Virus record (IMG/VR): IMGVR_UViG_3300032516_002690
Location: 1-64,000 of that record
Reading direction: 5' to 3' (one strand)
DNA length: 64,000 nucleotides
Origin: a virus
The number at the start of each line of letters is the position of its first letter. Within the stretch, counting starts at the first letter, position 1. Both the position numbers and the translations under genes were made by a program. This document shows, piece after piece, positions 27,382 to 37,394 of the stretch. The notes beneath the pieces are model-generated. The model ran no database searches. It had not been told where the DNA came from and saw only the letters and a program-made list of their open reading frames with translations.

Positions 27382-28107
27382 TTGAGCGATACTAGCAGAT
27401 TCGAAGGGGATATCCGCGTGCAGGACTTGGCAGGTCCTACGTTCGCGGATATCGATCTGCAGACAGCCAGACTCATAGTCTGGGGGGTGCATTACTCAAA
27501 TATCAGTAAAGTGCTCGTATACTTGCGAGCCCGCCGATTGGAGGTCAGCAAAGAAGATTTGTACCGTTACGCGATGGCGTATCGTGCAGTCTTCCGTGTA
27601 GACGTGGCACGCGACGTACAATCCCGCTGTTGGCACTGCGGTGAGTTCCTACCTCCAATGGAGGAAGAACTCTGCGAGTGCTACAACCGGGCCGTGCCCA
27701 AGGTCTACATTGAGCCGACTCTCCTAGCGATCGAACAGGAAAAGCTATCTTTTCCAAATACATGGCATCTACGCCTACAAAGCACCTATATATGCAGTAA
27801 CGATAACTGTCGTCGGCTTAATGACGTTCCGTTAGGCGTTGTCGCATCTGATCTTAAAAAGGTGCAGTTGCGATACGAACAGCAGCTCACCCAATATGAA
27901 GCCGCAGTAGCTAGCGGTAATCTACAAGTTGTGGCTCCGCGCGAGCCAACCTGGCGCCCGAAGACTAAGTGCCATGCGTGCTATCAGCAAGAGCTGAGGA
28001 CCGGAAAGCGCTCAAGTGCTCCCCCGCCACGTATTAATACAAAAACGCGTGAGCAGAGTACGCTCGCGTCATTAATACTAGCGATTCCGCCCACCGCCGA
28101 GAGCTGA
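27382..28107 (+). CDS. Hypothetical Cys-rich (Zn-ribbon) protein
   Basis: AGGAGG RBS with TTG start; CWHC..CEC and C....C..CHAC motifs. Confidence 0.65.
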   Translation: MSDTSRFEGDIRVQDLAGPTFADIDLQTARLIVWGVHYSNISKVLVYLRARRLEVSKEDLYRYAMAYRAVFRVDVARDVQSRCWHCGEFLPPMEEELCECYNRAVPKVYIEPTLLAIEQEKLSFPNTWHLRLQSTYICSNDNCRRLNDVPLGVVASDLKKVQLRYEQQLTQYEAAVASGNLQVVAPREPTWRPKTKCHACYQQELRTGKRSSAPPPRINTKTREQSTLASLILAIPPTAES

Positions 28108-28129
28108 GTATGCACGTACGCCCCGTTGT

Positions 28130-28186
28130 TCCAGTACCGCCGATTAAGCGGTAATGGATAACCTGCCCATGCAGGTGGGCAGGTTA
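28130..28186. terminator. Two adjacent hairpins between convergent genes
   Basis: tcca-g-taccgc/gcggta-a-tgga (28130-28158) and perfect 11-bp taacctgccca/tgggcaggtta (28159-28186). Confidence 0.55.
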
Positions 28187-28681
28187 GTCGTCGTCAGTAT
28201 CATCTGGAAAGTCTTCGTCGGAGTCTGGGTCTTTATTGTCTGGATCGGGTGAAGGCGTGAGAAGTTCATTCGTCGTCAAAAACGGATGATCTTTTTTAGA
28301 TCCTGCCTTCGGCTGCATCCACTCAAGCCAAATTACGATAGTACCGTCTTTGAGAAACGTTTCTGTCTTCTTGACTACGACGACCTCTCCGGAGAGAGAT
28401 CTGTCCATAATGTCCTTGAGGCGGTCCGACTCGTCGATATCTTCAAATATCGCAGTGCCGTGATCCATCGCAGTCATTTCTTTACCGATAGTCAAGCGCG
28501 CTGACTGGTACTCAAATGAATACTCTGTAGCATTAGCGACTTTGCCCGCCGTACCCGGTGCGACCGATTTGACGAGGCTCTCGAATTCAGAACCTCTAAG
28601 CAAGTCCGGTACTGCTTTTTCGTTACTAGCAATATCGGGTAGCGTCTGCGCGTATTGCAGCGCTTTGATAAAATCATCCAT
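28184..28681 (-). CDS. Hypothetical protein downstream of portal
   Basis: Coupled to the portal stop codon; acidic tail. Confidence 0.6.
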   Translation of the reverse strand: MDDFIKALQYAQTLPDIASNEKAVPDLLRGSEFESLVKSVAPGTAGKVANATEYSFEYQSARLTIGKEMTAMDHGTAIFEDIDESDRLKDIMDRSLSGEVVVVKKTETFLKDGTIVIWLEWMQPKAGSKKDHPFLTTNELLTPSPDPDNKDPDSDEDFPDDTDDD

Positions 28682-30408
28682 TACGCGGCTCCGCCATTAA
28701 AGTCTGCTAGCGCTTGTTGTTTCTCTACAGCTTTCTGAGTAGACCATCGGTCTTTTACAACAGCGTACATAACAGGGTCTTCCTGAGATAGTTGTGCAAG
28801 CATAGATTTTTGGGTGCTGGGGTCTGCAGCACCCATTTGTTGTACCATTTGTTCCGCGGCAGAAATAATAGCTTGCGGATTATAAGAAAGTCCTGATCCG
28901 GACTGGGACTCATTTTGCGCTTGTTGCGATAGCGAGTTCTGTATTTTGTTCATCTTCTTGGAGAGCTCCATTTGCATGCGAGCTTCGTCAAGAGATTCTT
29001 GTAGGCGCTTTTCACGTTCTTCGTTGATGTCCGAATCATTGAGATCAAGCATGGTGGTATTCGAAATCATGCCGCCTGTTGCTTGCTGTAACCCTAACAG
29101 GAACTGCTTTTGCACTGCGTCATCAACGAGCTTGAAAGGTAAGTACTCTGCTTCTACAGGTTTCCAACTTAGAATTTTACTGGATTGTTTTATGACCCAT
29201 TCCAACTGTTCGTTGAGATGGGACGTGTACGTTTCGAGTTGGTTTTCCAGCATGCGCAAAGTTATGGACGAACCGGAGAACGATAGCCCGCCGTAAATGA
29301 ATTCCTTGGGAATACCCATTGCCGCGATAATTTCCTCCTCGGCTTCCTTTATTTCGCCGAGGGTTAGCAGGGATCGGCCCTGGCCGCCCATCATGGTTAC
29401 GCCCAGCGCTGCGGGCGCGAACATGATGTGCAGCGGATCGCGACGCCAGCGTTTGATGTTGGCCGTCATCTCTTGACGCCACTTCATCAAGTTGACCATC
29501 TGTGCTGGATCTGCTGCGCCGCTGATCGGTGCCGGATGCAAAACACGAAAAGGCAGTATGTGTTCGAACGCAATAGCCTCGTTCGCTTTACGCAAAATAG
29601 CCGTATAAAGAAATAGCTTGATTGTCGTTGTCAGTGGAGGGAAGCCCCACTGTGAAGAAATACCCGCAGGTGGGTGAATCTTCATGTGATAAACAGCACC
29701 GTCTGCGAACTCGAAGAGTTTATCGTCACGGATCGCCTTGAGAAACTCAATAGGCAGCGTGTTGATAATATGCGCATCGCCTTTTTCGACTTTGCTCTTT
29801 AGTTCCTGCGGGATGGTGTAGTAGTATACGGATTCGTTTGTGATGGGGTTGTGGTTGATATCCATCAACTTTGGGTCCCAACGAATTACGTTAATACGGT
29901 GCTCGTCACTTGCTTTCTCATCAAGAATTTCGCCTGTAGTCGTGGTATTGCACGCAGGGCAGCTGTATGAGAATGACAAAGTTTTCAGGTTGAACTTATA
30001 CGTCGTCTTTTTGATGCCTGTGCGGGCATTGCACTCTTTGCAAATCAAAAAGCGATTAAACGGATGGTATACGGATGTAAATGAGTTTCCGTACAGGTGT
30101 AAATCCAAGCCGGATGCAATGGCTACGCTCTTTATACGGATGGACTTATTTAATACGCGTTCCCAGTTTTTCGTTAGCGCTTCGTCACTCGACTGAATCA
30201 TCACTTTAGTGACAGGGTATTCGGCGAATTTCTTTAGAGCGGCAAAGATGTGTGCCGAGTTGTAATACAAATATTCGACCCAACGAAACAAGTCCTTCAG
30301 CTTACGTGGAGCGAAGCCTGTTACGAAATCGAACATCGGATTGGGATGACTGCCCCGACCCCGAGAACCCCCGGCGAGATCTAAAATTCCTGGATCACTT
30401 GTCGACAT
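28681..30408 (-). CDS. Portal protein (inferred) with Zn-ribbon insertion
   Basis: 575 aa; LHLYGNSF, IRWDPKLM, YHMK....WGFPP and IIAAMGIPKEFIYG follow portal-family patterns; CKEC..CPAC insertion. Confidence 0.7.
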   Translation of the reverse strand: MSTSDPGILDLAGGSRGRGSHPNPMFDFVTGFAPRKLKDLFRWVEYLYYNSAHIFAALKKFAEYPVTKVMIQSSDEALTKNWERVLNKSIRIKSVAIASGLDLHLYGNSFTSVYHPFNRFLICKECNARTGIKKTTYKFNLKTLSFSYSCPACNTTTTGEILDEKASDEHRINVIRWDPKLMDINHNPITNESVYYYTIPQELKSKVEKGDAHIINTLPIEFLKAIRDDKLFEFADGAVYHMKIHPPAGISSQWGFPPLTTTIKLFLYTAILRKANEAIAFEHILPFRVLHPAPISGAADPAQMVNLMKWRQEMTANIKRWRRDPLHIMFAPAALGVTMMGGQGRSLLTLGEIKEAEEEIIAAMGIPKEFIYGGLSFSGSSITLRMLENQLETYTSHLNEQLEWVIKQSSKILSWKPVEAEYLPFKLVDDAVQKQFLLGLQQATGGMISNTTMLDLNDSDINEEREKRLQESLDEARMQMELSKKMNKIQNSLSQQAQNESQSGSGLSYNPQAIISAAEQMVQQMGAADPSTQKSMLAQLSQEDPVMYAVVKDRWSTQKAVEKQQALADFNGGAA

Positions 30409-30433
30409 GCATTTTCCCCTGTAGGAGTACTCG

Positions 30434-32338
30434 GTGACCTACACACTAAAACTCGGCACAGTCTACGGTACTCCGGTATTTACTCTGCAATGCTGTGAAA
30501 GTGCAGTTAAAAACGTATATGGAGCATCATTTTCCGGAAAAGACAAACTCTGGCGATTCCCTGCATTCTTTCCAGTGCACCAGCTCGTTCTGTCGGACCT
30601 GCCGAAGATGGTGCCGGGACTGCAGTATGCTCCTGAAGTAGTTGAACATGTGCAAAAGCTTGCTGCGCCGGTTACCTTGCCTGATGATTTTAGTTTCTTA
30701 ACGCAACCATACCAACACCAGCGGGACGGTGTGTTGCATTTGCTACAGCGCCCACGCGCCGCGTTGTTCTATTCACCGGGACTCGGTAAGTGCAAAATAA
30801 CGGTGGATTTGCAGCGGATTACGCAAGACCGCATGCTGATACTATGCCCGCTTGTGATGCTTGGCACCTGGGCGGAAGAGTTCAAGAAACATGGCAACGT
30901 CGATGACGTTCTAATCATTGACGGTACCAAAAAACAAAAACAGAGCCGGCTTGAACAAGCACAGGCTAGGGCGCCTGTCGCCACAATCCTTACGTACAAC
31001 GTAGCAACGCTGTACACAGACGACATACTGAAAATAGCATACTCCGCGATTATTGCGGATGAATCACACATGCTTAAGACGCCTTATTCGAAACGCACGC
31101 AAGCCTCTACGTCTCTAGCGCTGCGCGCATCACGTCGAGTACTGTTGTCAGGCACGCCGTCGCTAGGATCTCCCTTCGATTTATACGCACAGTTACGTTT
31201 TCTTGGTACGTATTTCTGCCCTGAGAACTGGTGGCACTTCAGGAAACACTTTGGGGTATTCCACCCAAGCGAAGAGGGTGAAGCCGTACCTAAAATACTG
31301 CTAGGGTTTAAGAATATGGACACGATGAATACTCGTGTCGGGCTCGTTAGTCTCAAGAAGACAAAAGAAGAATGCCTAGACTTGCCTGATCAGCTTATCT
31401 TGGACGAATACTTTGTCGTTACAAATCCTACCAAGCGCGCGTACAACACGCTCATATTAGACCACTGTCTAGGAGCGGGTGTTTCGGTACAAGAGAAAAT
31501 ACTTGCGGGTGAGCTGACGGTAAAAGACGGCCCTGTAATTGATCCGCACGTCATAGCTACAGAGCTCATCGTTAAGCTGAATAAGCTAGACCAGCTAGCA
31601 AGTAGCTTTGTTTATCAAGCTACTAAAAACCCATTACTCTGTGTTGGCTGCCCTAATGCTGCGAAATGTAGCGCAGACGATATATTGCCTTACACGCCTA
31701 AATGCACCGTGAGCCAGCGTGAACCCGCGTCCGTCGTTATGACGTATGCCGATAATTCACGGCTTGAACGTTGTGTAGGATTACTCGAAGCTATTCTAGA
31801 AGATCCCGCTAACAAAGTGATTATTTGGGCTAAATTCATGCCTGAATTGGATGCGCTCGAAGCTGCGATAAAGGAACTAGGAAGTCAGTACGTCCGCGTG
31901 CAGGGCGGGTTTACACGCGAGCAACTCACGCACGCGATGACTACCTTTAACAACGCTCCTGATTGTAGGGTGTATCTCGGTCAAGTAGCTACAGGGGTTG
32001 GTGTAACGCTCAATGCTGCAAACTACACAATTTATTACAATCTGCCTTGGAGTTTAGATCAGTACTTACAATCGCTAGATCGTAATTATCGTATTGGTCA
32101 AACCAAAAAGGTTACGGTGTATCGCCTACTGGGCCGAAACACATTAGACGTATCTAAAGCGGCAGCGCTAGATCAAAAGATAGACTTCAGTCAACTCGTA
32201 ACCTCGAAGTCTGTATGCGCGACGTGCCCCGATTATCATATACGTTGCTCGAAATATAAAATTAAACTGTACGACGCGGAGTGTAAATACGACCGTGAGA
32301 TGATGCGGCAAAAAGCTACTGTGGAGTTAATACCATGA
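30434..32338 (+). CDS. SNF2-family helicase/ATPase
   Basis: PYQHQ, PGLGKC, IADESH, LSGTP, GVGVTLNAA, QSLDRNYRIGQ. Confidence 0.92.
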   Translation: MTYTLKLGTVYGTPVFTLQCCESAVKNVYGASFSGKDKLWRFPAFFPVHQLVLSDLPKMVPGLQYAPEVVEHVQKLAAPVTLPDDFSFLTQPYQHQRDGVLHLLQRPRAALFYSPGLGKCKITVDLQRITQDRMLILCPLVMLGTWAEEFKKHGNVDDVLIIDGTKKQKQSRLEQAQARAPVATILTYNVATLYTDDILKIAYSAIIADESHMLKTPYSKRTQASTSLALRASRRVLLSGTPSLGSPFDLYAQLRFLGTYFCPENWWHFRKHFGVFHPSEEGEAVPKILLGFKNMDTMNTRVGLVSLKKTKEECLDLPDQLILDEYFVVTNPTKRAYNTLILDHCLGAGVSVQEKILAGELTVKDGPVIDPHVIATELIVKLNKLDQLASSFVYQATKNPLLCVGCPNAAKCSADDILPYTPKCTVSQREPASVVMTYADNSRLERCVGLLEAILEDPANKVIIWAKFMPELDALEAAIKELGSQYVRVQGGFTREQLTHAMTTFNNAPDCRVYLGQVATGVGVTLNAANYTIYYNLPWSLDQYLQSLDRNYRIGQTKKVTVYRLLGRNTLDVSKAAALDQKIDFSQLVTSKSVCATCPDYHIRCSKYKIKLYDAECKYDREMMRQKATVELIP

Positions 32339-32736
32339 AAGTTACATTAGAATTCGAAGAGAGTGATCTCAGGGAAATGCTTACGAGTTATTTCCGGGGC
32401 AATGGTTTTGCAGTCAAGAATCTTGACGAGGTGTGTGCCAAGTTTAAAGACGCTTACATTGACGGGTTGAAAGTCCAAGCTGAGATTATGGTAATGGACC
32501 CGCCGATACCGCAACTGAGCACAGTGGCGCCACCGCAGAATCTAGTCGAAGACGCTGTTGATGATGCGGGTGAACCAGACGACGTGGCTGAGGCTGCCGA
32601 GCCTATGTTGTCACTCAATGATTTAACAGACCCTTCGCCGCGTGGGCGGGTGGTCGGTATAGCCAATACAAAGAATGAATTTGCAGATCTCATCAACGCA
32701 AGTAAACGCATTGAACAAGAACGCCGGAGAACTTGA
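32335..32736 (+). CDS. Hypothetical protein
   Basis: 4-nt overlaps with both neighbours. Confidence 0.6.
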   Translation: MKVTLEFEESDLREMLTSYFRGNGFAVKNLDEVCAKFKDAYIDGLKVQAEIMVMDPPIPQLSTVAPPQNLVEDAVDDAGEPDDVAEAAEPMLSLNDLTDPSPRGRVVGIANTKNEFADLINASKRIEQERRRT

Positions 32737-33614
32737 TGCTTGATAGTATCGACAATGAAGAATTGATTAAGATCCCTGCTGTCGCAGAAGATGAACAATT
32801 CAAAGACAGGCTGCCGAAAGGCTATCTGTCGGTGTCACAAGTTACGCAATACATGAAATGCGGAGAAGCCTATTACTACCGCTACGTTATGGGCCGGCAA
32901 GTGCCGTCGAACGTATTTCAAGTACAGGGTCGCGGTGTACATAAAGCAGCTGAGAAGTTGCATCTGAGCATGATTCAGAATGAGCCTATTGGCGAAGCTG
33001 AGATGCTTCAGACATATTCCGATTTATATGATGACGAGATCAAAACCGCAGTCAGCGAACATAACGAGGACGACGCTGATGAAAAGGATGCGAACGATAA
33101 GGACATCGGCGTCCGTCTCACTAAAAAATATCACAAGGTTGCCCTAGGTAATGCCTGTGACGCTTCGGGCAAACCCGTGCCTGCGGTACAGCCCATAGCA
33201 GCAGAACGTGTTGTCCGCGTCAACATCATTACAGAAGAAAGCTTGGTCATTCCGTTTCTCGGAGTAATCGATCTAGAAGAACGTAATGCGATTGCTGACC
33301 TGAAGACAAAAAAGAAGGCCTCGTCACAGGCTGACACCGACAACAGCTTGCAGCTGAGTCTCTACGCGCACGTTACGGGAAAACCCCTAGTGCGTCTAGA
33401 CCAACTAGTCAAGCCAACAAAGACCCTGCCTGTGCGTTTTATTCGAACGGAGTCGGTGCGTACAAAGAATGAAGTTCTGCATGCACTTGATGTAGTATCG
33501 CAGGTTGCACAGGACATTGCGTCGGGTCGCTTCAGAAAGACCAATCCTGAAAATTGGTGGTGCACGTCTAAATGGTGCCCCTACTGGAGCGATTGCCGCG
33601 GACGGAGGCGCTGA
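32733..33614 (+). CDS. PD-(D/E)XK (RecB/Cas4-like) nuclease
   Basis: LSVSQ..YMKC, G.GVH, GVIDL...DLKT, QLSLY, WCTSKWCPYWSDC. Confidence 0.85.
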   Translation: MMLDSIDNEELIKIPAVAEDEQFKDRLPKGYLSVSQVTQYMKCGEAYYYRYVMGRQVPSNVFQVQGRGVHKAAEKLHLSMIQNEPIGEAEMLQTYSDLYDDEIKTAVSEHNEDDADEKDANDKDIGVRLTKKYHKVALGNACDASGKPVPAVQPIAAERVVRVNIITEESLVIPFLGVIDLEERNAIADLKTKKKASSQADTDNSLQLSLYAHVTGKPLVRLDQLVKPTKTLPVRFIRTESVRTKNEVLHALDVVSQVAQDIASGRFRKTNPENWWCTSKWCPYWSDCRGRRR

Positions 33615-34046
33615 GTGGCTGACAACTATTGGGACAACTCGGGCGGACAGCCCAACCTATCACGCCTGCCTATCGAAGTACGCGAGGGAATGGCCCGGCC
33701 CATTCCGATGCGCGACGATGAAGTCTACGCAGCGGTCATGATTTTCAAACAGTCGCCGGGGCTCAACCACCCTAACGGGCGTTGCAATGTGGTTGCATAT
33801 CGCACAACAAATAACGCAGTTGTGCCGATGGACAAGGGTATTCAGTTGGACTTTTCGGAGTTCTCCGGTAAGTTCCCGCTGGCCACCGTTGTGATTGATG
33901 TAAAGGGAGCCGAACCCTTTGTAGCGAATCTCTTGCGGGCCTACGCAGAACTCGGCGGTGACGTACAAGCTGCCGTTAAACGCGCAGGTATCGCACGCAC
34001 GACCGCAGAACACACCGCTTACTTTGAAGAAAAAAGTAACGATTGA
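33615..34046 (+). CDS. Hypothetical protein
   Basis: GGAGG RBS, GTG start abutting the upstream stop. Confidence 0.65.
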   Translation: MADNYWDNSGGQPNLSRLPIEVREGMARPIPMRDDEVYAAVMIFKQSPGLNHPNGRCNVVAYRTTNNAVVPMDKGIQLDFSEFSGKFPLATVVIDVKGAEPFVANLLRAYAELGGDVQAAVKRAGIARTTAEHTAYFEEKSND

Positions 34047-34093
34047 ACTTGTTCATGTCGTAAGGCGTTATATATAAAAGGCGCCCTTAATAC

Positions 34094-34107
34094 GGTAAAA
34101 GAGTATA
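34094..34107 (+). promoter_or_regulatory. Candidate phage promoter motif GGTAMAAG-N4-TA (copy 2)
   Basis: ggtaaaag-agta-ta in an intergenic gap upstream of AGGAGG. Confidence 0.45.
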
Positions 34108-34137
34108 CACTTCTGCAACTCTAGCTCAGGAGGCTAT

Positions 34138-34305
34138 ATGCAGAAGTACGGCGTGGATGAGACACCTAGTTTAAACAGAAAATACGGCGAAACAGATCTT
34201 GACGTATGCCCGCTATGTGGGGCACGGTTACAAAAACATGGACATGTTGTTTTATGTCCAACACACGGATCAGAGCCTTTCGAACATGACGATAAGCAAA
34301 CGTAG
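34138..34305 (+). CDS. 55-aa Zn-ribbon protein (absent from the ORF track)
   Basis: AGGAGG-N5-ATG; MQKYGVDE...CPLCG...CPTHG...KQT-stop. Confidence 0.75.
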   Translation: MQKYGVDETPSLNRKYGETDLDVCPLCGARLQKHGHVVLCPTHGSEPFEHDDKQT

Positions 34306-34537
34306 CAGTATTGTACGCTCCATTAGTGATTTAGTCACACAGCGTGCAAGCATCATACGTGCGTTGTACATCGTCAGCGTTGCAACGAATGGGCCGAGAG
34401 ACGAAATACTAGCAGAGTTTCATCAAGCAGTCGGTGACGTACTTGAGGGGGTAGCGTTATCACAACTCGACCTAGCTTTCATCAACAAAATGAAAGTTAA
34501 AGAGGAGGCAGCTTGGTTAAGGGACCGCAACGAGTAG
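34286..34537 (+). CDS. Hypothetical protein
   Basis: Likely ATG at 34286 within track ORF 34199..34537. Confidence 0.55.
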   Translation: MTISKRSSIVRSISDLVTQRASIIRALYIVSVATNGPRDEILAEFHQAVGDVLEGVALSQLDLAFINKMKVKEEAAWLRDRNE

Positions 34538-34722
34538 TTAGTTACGAATTCACGCACACTGCAAATGATCCAGCAACTGTCGTGTTTGTTTCGCCGTTCA
34601 GAACTTTCCTACAAGTAGTTGACGAGATTATTCGTTGGCTACAGCTTCCACATATTGTTTCTGCATTCGCTAGTATTGCTGCGTTTCTGCGCAGCCTGTT
34701 TACAAACTAGGGGTTTCACGAA

Positions 34723-35733
34723 ATGCCAGCTAAAAAGCGTAACGTTACAATACCGTTCGAAGCAATTATTGCGGATACGGACTTCAACGGTCGGGTTGAA
34801 TACCCAGATATCGATGCCCTGAAACAGTCCATTATGGACGACGGGCTGCTGCAGCCAATCGGAGTATCGCAGAAGAATTCCGGTTCCGATACAGATGGAC
34901 AGAAATTCTTCCTTGTATACGGCTTTCGCCGCTACTTCGCCATATCCAAGATTCGTGATGAACTTGGACCTGACGCGTACGCGACGATCGATGCAGTGCT
35001 CAATGAGGGAAACCTGGAGGAACTCCGGGTACGAAATCTCAAAGAGAATATCGAACGTAAGGCTCTGACCACTTTCGAAATTGCCCAACAGGTCAAGCGC
35101 TTGGTGCTTGCAGGCCTGGAACAGCGTGAGATTGCAACGCGGTTGGGACGCAACCAGTCGTGGGTAAGCTACCACCACAAGGTTGCGACGCAACTTTCTA
35201 CACAAGCCCAGCAAGCTTTAAAAGCTGGAGATATCACGCTAGAGCAAGCGCTACACATCGCCGATGTGCCTGAAGAACAACAGAACGCGTTGGTGACCCA
35301 GGTACTTAGCGCGGATACGCGTGCAGATGCGCGCAAGTTACTGAAGGAAGCCGCAAGCGGAAGCGGCAAGCGTCGTAAATATGCCAATAAAGGACGACCT
35401 ACGTCACGTAACCTGATGCAGTGGGTGAGTGACGCGTCATTCGAAGCTGAGTCGCGTATCAATGACAAACACGACAAGGCCTTCTACAACGGTGTCGCGG
35501 CAGGTATGCGGGTAGCGCTGGGTGACCTCGAACTCAAAGAGCTCAAGGCTGTGGATAAGTATTCCGACGTAAACTACCACGCGAAGGACAATAAAACGGA
35601 GGACGAACCGGAGTTGGTGAGTGTAGATCCAGGAGACGACGAAGATGTGGCGACGGCTGAGGCCGATGCGGCGCCTGTTAAAAAGAAGCGCGGACGTCCC
35701 AAGAAAATTGTGACGGCTTCGAACACTCTCTAA
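34723..35733 (+). CDS. parB: ParB/Spo0J-like protein with C-terminal AT-hook-like motif
   Basis: LKQSI..DGLLQPI, GFRRY, ENIERKAL, HTH QREIATRLGRNQSWVS; KKKRGRPKK tail. Confidence 0.85.
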   Translation: MPAKKRNVTIPFEAIIADTDFNGRVEYPDIDALKQSIMDDGLLQPIGVSQKNSGSDTDGQKFFLVYGFRRYFAISKIRDELGPDAYATIDAVLNEGNLEELRVRNLKENIERKALTTFEIAQQVKRLVLAGLEQREIATRLGRNQSWVSYHHKVATQLSTQAQQALKAGDITLEQALHIADVPEEQQNALVTQVLSADTRADARKLLKEAASGSGKRRKYANKGRPTSRNLMQWVSDASFEAESRINDKHDKAFYNGVAAGMRVALGDLELKELKAVDKYSDVNYHAKDNKTEDEPELVSVDPGDDEDVATAEADAAPVKKKRGRPKKIVTASNTL

Positions 35734-36413
35734 TTCATGCGTGCTGCGGCGCTGCGCAATTTAGTAATTGCGGTCTCGCGCAGTTGCCGTACCCGCTCTC
35801 CTGTTATTTCTAATATACGCCCTATCTGCTTTAGCGTTTTAGGGCCTGTGTGAATACCGAATGACGCTTTAATGATGTACGTCTCACGTATAGATAAATT
35901 TGTAATGTCGAAAAGTTTTAGCAGACTTTGCTGCATCTCAATGGTTACCGCGTAACCATCTATACTAGAGTCTTCATCACTGATAGTGTTTTCGGTGTAT
36001 TCCGTCGTATTAGGACTGCGTATACCCTTCGCCATTGCGTGCGTAGGTACGTGTACGAGTCCTAGACGGCGGCCTTCTTCACGCATTTCGTGGCGTACCC
36101 ACCAACTGGCGTATGTCAGAAACCGAGTGCCTGCCTCAGGTTTAAATTTAGTCAGCGCGCGAATTAATCCAATATTGCCCGCAGCTATCAAGTCTTCTAA
36201 GGTCTGTCGTTCCATATGGCTGCGTGGATGCTTGCGGGCTTCGGATATAACGTAACGTAGTGCGCCTTTGACTATTAAATCTTTTGCTTTTGCGTCTTTG
36301 GTGTTCTGATAGCGTCGGATGAGTTCTCGCTCGTTCTCGGCGGTTAGCATACTCGTTGCTTCAACTTCTTTATAATAACGAGCAAGCGAATCGTTGGACG
36401 GTTTTGAACTCAT
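35730..36413 (-). CDS. Sigma-70-family RNA polymerase sigma factor (regions 1.2, 2 and 4)
   Basis: SLARYYKEV..LT.ENE, DLIAAGNIGLIRALTKF, RFLTYASWWVR, TLKQIG..LEITGERVRQL. Confidence 0.92.
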   Translation of the reverse strand: MSSKPSNDSLARYYKEVEATSMLTAENERELIRRYQNTKDAKAKDLIVKGALRYVISEARKHPRSHMERQTLEDLIAAGNIGLIRALTKFKPEAGTRFLTYASWWVRHEMREEGRRLGLVHVPTHAMAKGIRSPNTTEYTENTISDEDSSIDGYAVTIEMQQSLLKLFDITNLSIRETYIIKASFGIHTGPKTLKQIGRILEITGERVRQLRETAITKLRSAAARMN

Positions 36414-36493
36414 GTTTCTCTCTCAGCTATTGTGCTGCTACACAGTTTGGGGTAGCTTACCAGTTCGTCAAACAGCCTCAGAGGGCATCCAGC

Positions 36494-37348
36494 ATGAGCA
36501 ACGAAATTCAGAAGTATGATGACACAATCAACAGCGTATCGACACTACTCAAAGCCTATGCAGACACCGTTTCCGATACAGCACTAGGTCTGAAGATTCA
36601 AGAATTGTCAGAGCAGACAATCACGACAGTGAAAGGGATCGAAGGTCCCCAGCGTTCCCGGATCACGCAGTTGATGTTGAAACAGAATATGTCGAATTCG
36701 TCGATGATACCATCGAACACTGCCGCCGGGCAATTGTATACGTCCAAGAGTGATCATATTGGGGATAACCTCGAATTTATCCCGATTTTCACACACAACA
36801 TGCGCACCAAGTGGGGCGATGATAAAGTAGAATGTCGCTCACTCGATGCGATTACAGGCTCGAAGTACGGCGAATGCGCCAAGTGTCCTTACGGACGTTA
36901 CGTCCCAGATGAACGCCCTGATTGCAGCAAAGGCCTGAGCTATTACGTAATGGCCAGCGATTTGTCTGCGTTGTACAAAATCGACTTTATTAAGACGAGC
37001 GCCAAAGCAGGTCGCTCTATAAGTCAACTAGCGTCACCGCCGCATCTGTGGACACGCTCGTTTATTCTGTCGTCTGAGCGCGTCGTACAGCCCAAGGTCA
37101 ATTACTTCATACTCAAAGTAGCAGTGACAAATCACCGCACTTCACCGGAAGTTGCCAAGGTTTGCGACATGCTATTTGAATTCTTTCAGAATAGCTACCG
37201 AAAGGCCGTGCTTATGCAGGCCGAATATAGCCGTATGGGCACTACCGGCGGTGGCGGCGGTGGCGGCGGCGGCGGCGGTGCCGGCGGCGTGATCCCCGCT
37301 GAGGGCGAAGAAGTCCCACAAGAGATCAATTTCCGCGATTCCGTTTGA
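36494..37348 (+). CDS. Putative single-stranded DNA-binding protein
   Basis: Likely ATG at 36494 after GAGGG; Cys cluster; poly-Gly linker and acidic tail EGEEVPQEINF; replication context. Confidence 0.55.
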   Translation: MSNEIQKYDDTINSVSTLLKAYADTVSDTALGLKIQELSEQTITTVKGIEGPQRSRITQLMLKQNMSNSSMIPSNTAAGQLYTSKSDHIGDNLEFIPIFTHNMRTKWGDDKVECRSLDAITGSKYGECAKCPYGRYVPDERPDCSKGLSYYVMASDLSALYKIDFIKTSAKAGRSISQLASPPHLWTRSFILSSERVVQPKVNYFILKVAVTNHRTSPEVAKVCDMLFEFFQNSYRKAVLMQAEYSRMGTTGGGGGGGGGGGAGGVIPAEGEEVPQEINFRDSV

Positions 37349-37354
37349 GTGATT

Positions 37355-37392
37355 AGCAGCGCAGTATCTGAGAGATATTGCGCTGCTTTTTT
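37355..37392 (+). terminator. Intrinsic terminator
   Basis: agcagcgcagtatct-gag-agatattgcgctgct followed by a T tract. Confidence 0.85.
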
Positions 37393-37394
37393 AG

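Noticed and set aside
37246-37288. GGC-rich repeat as a regulatory microsatellite
   Set aside because: In-frame poly-Gly linker before an acidic tail, as expected for an SSB-like protein
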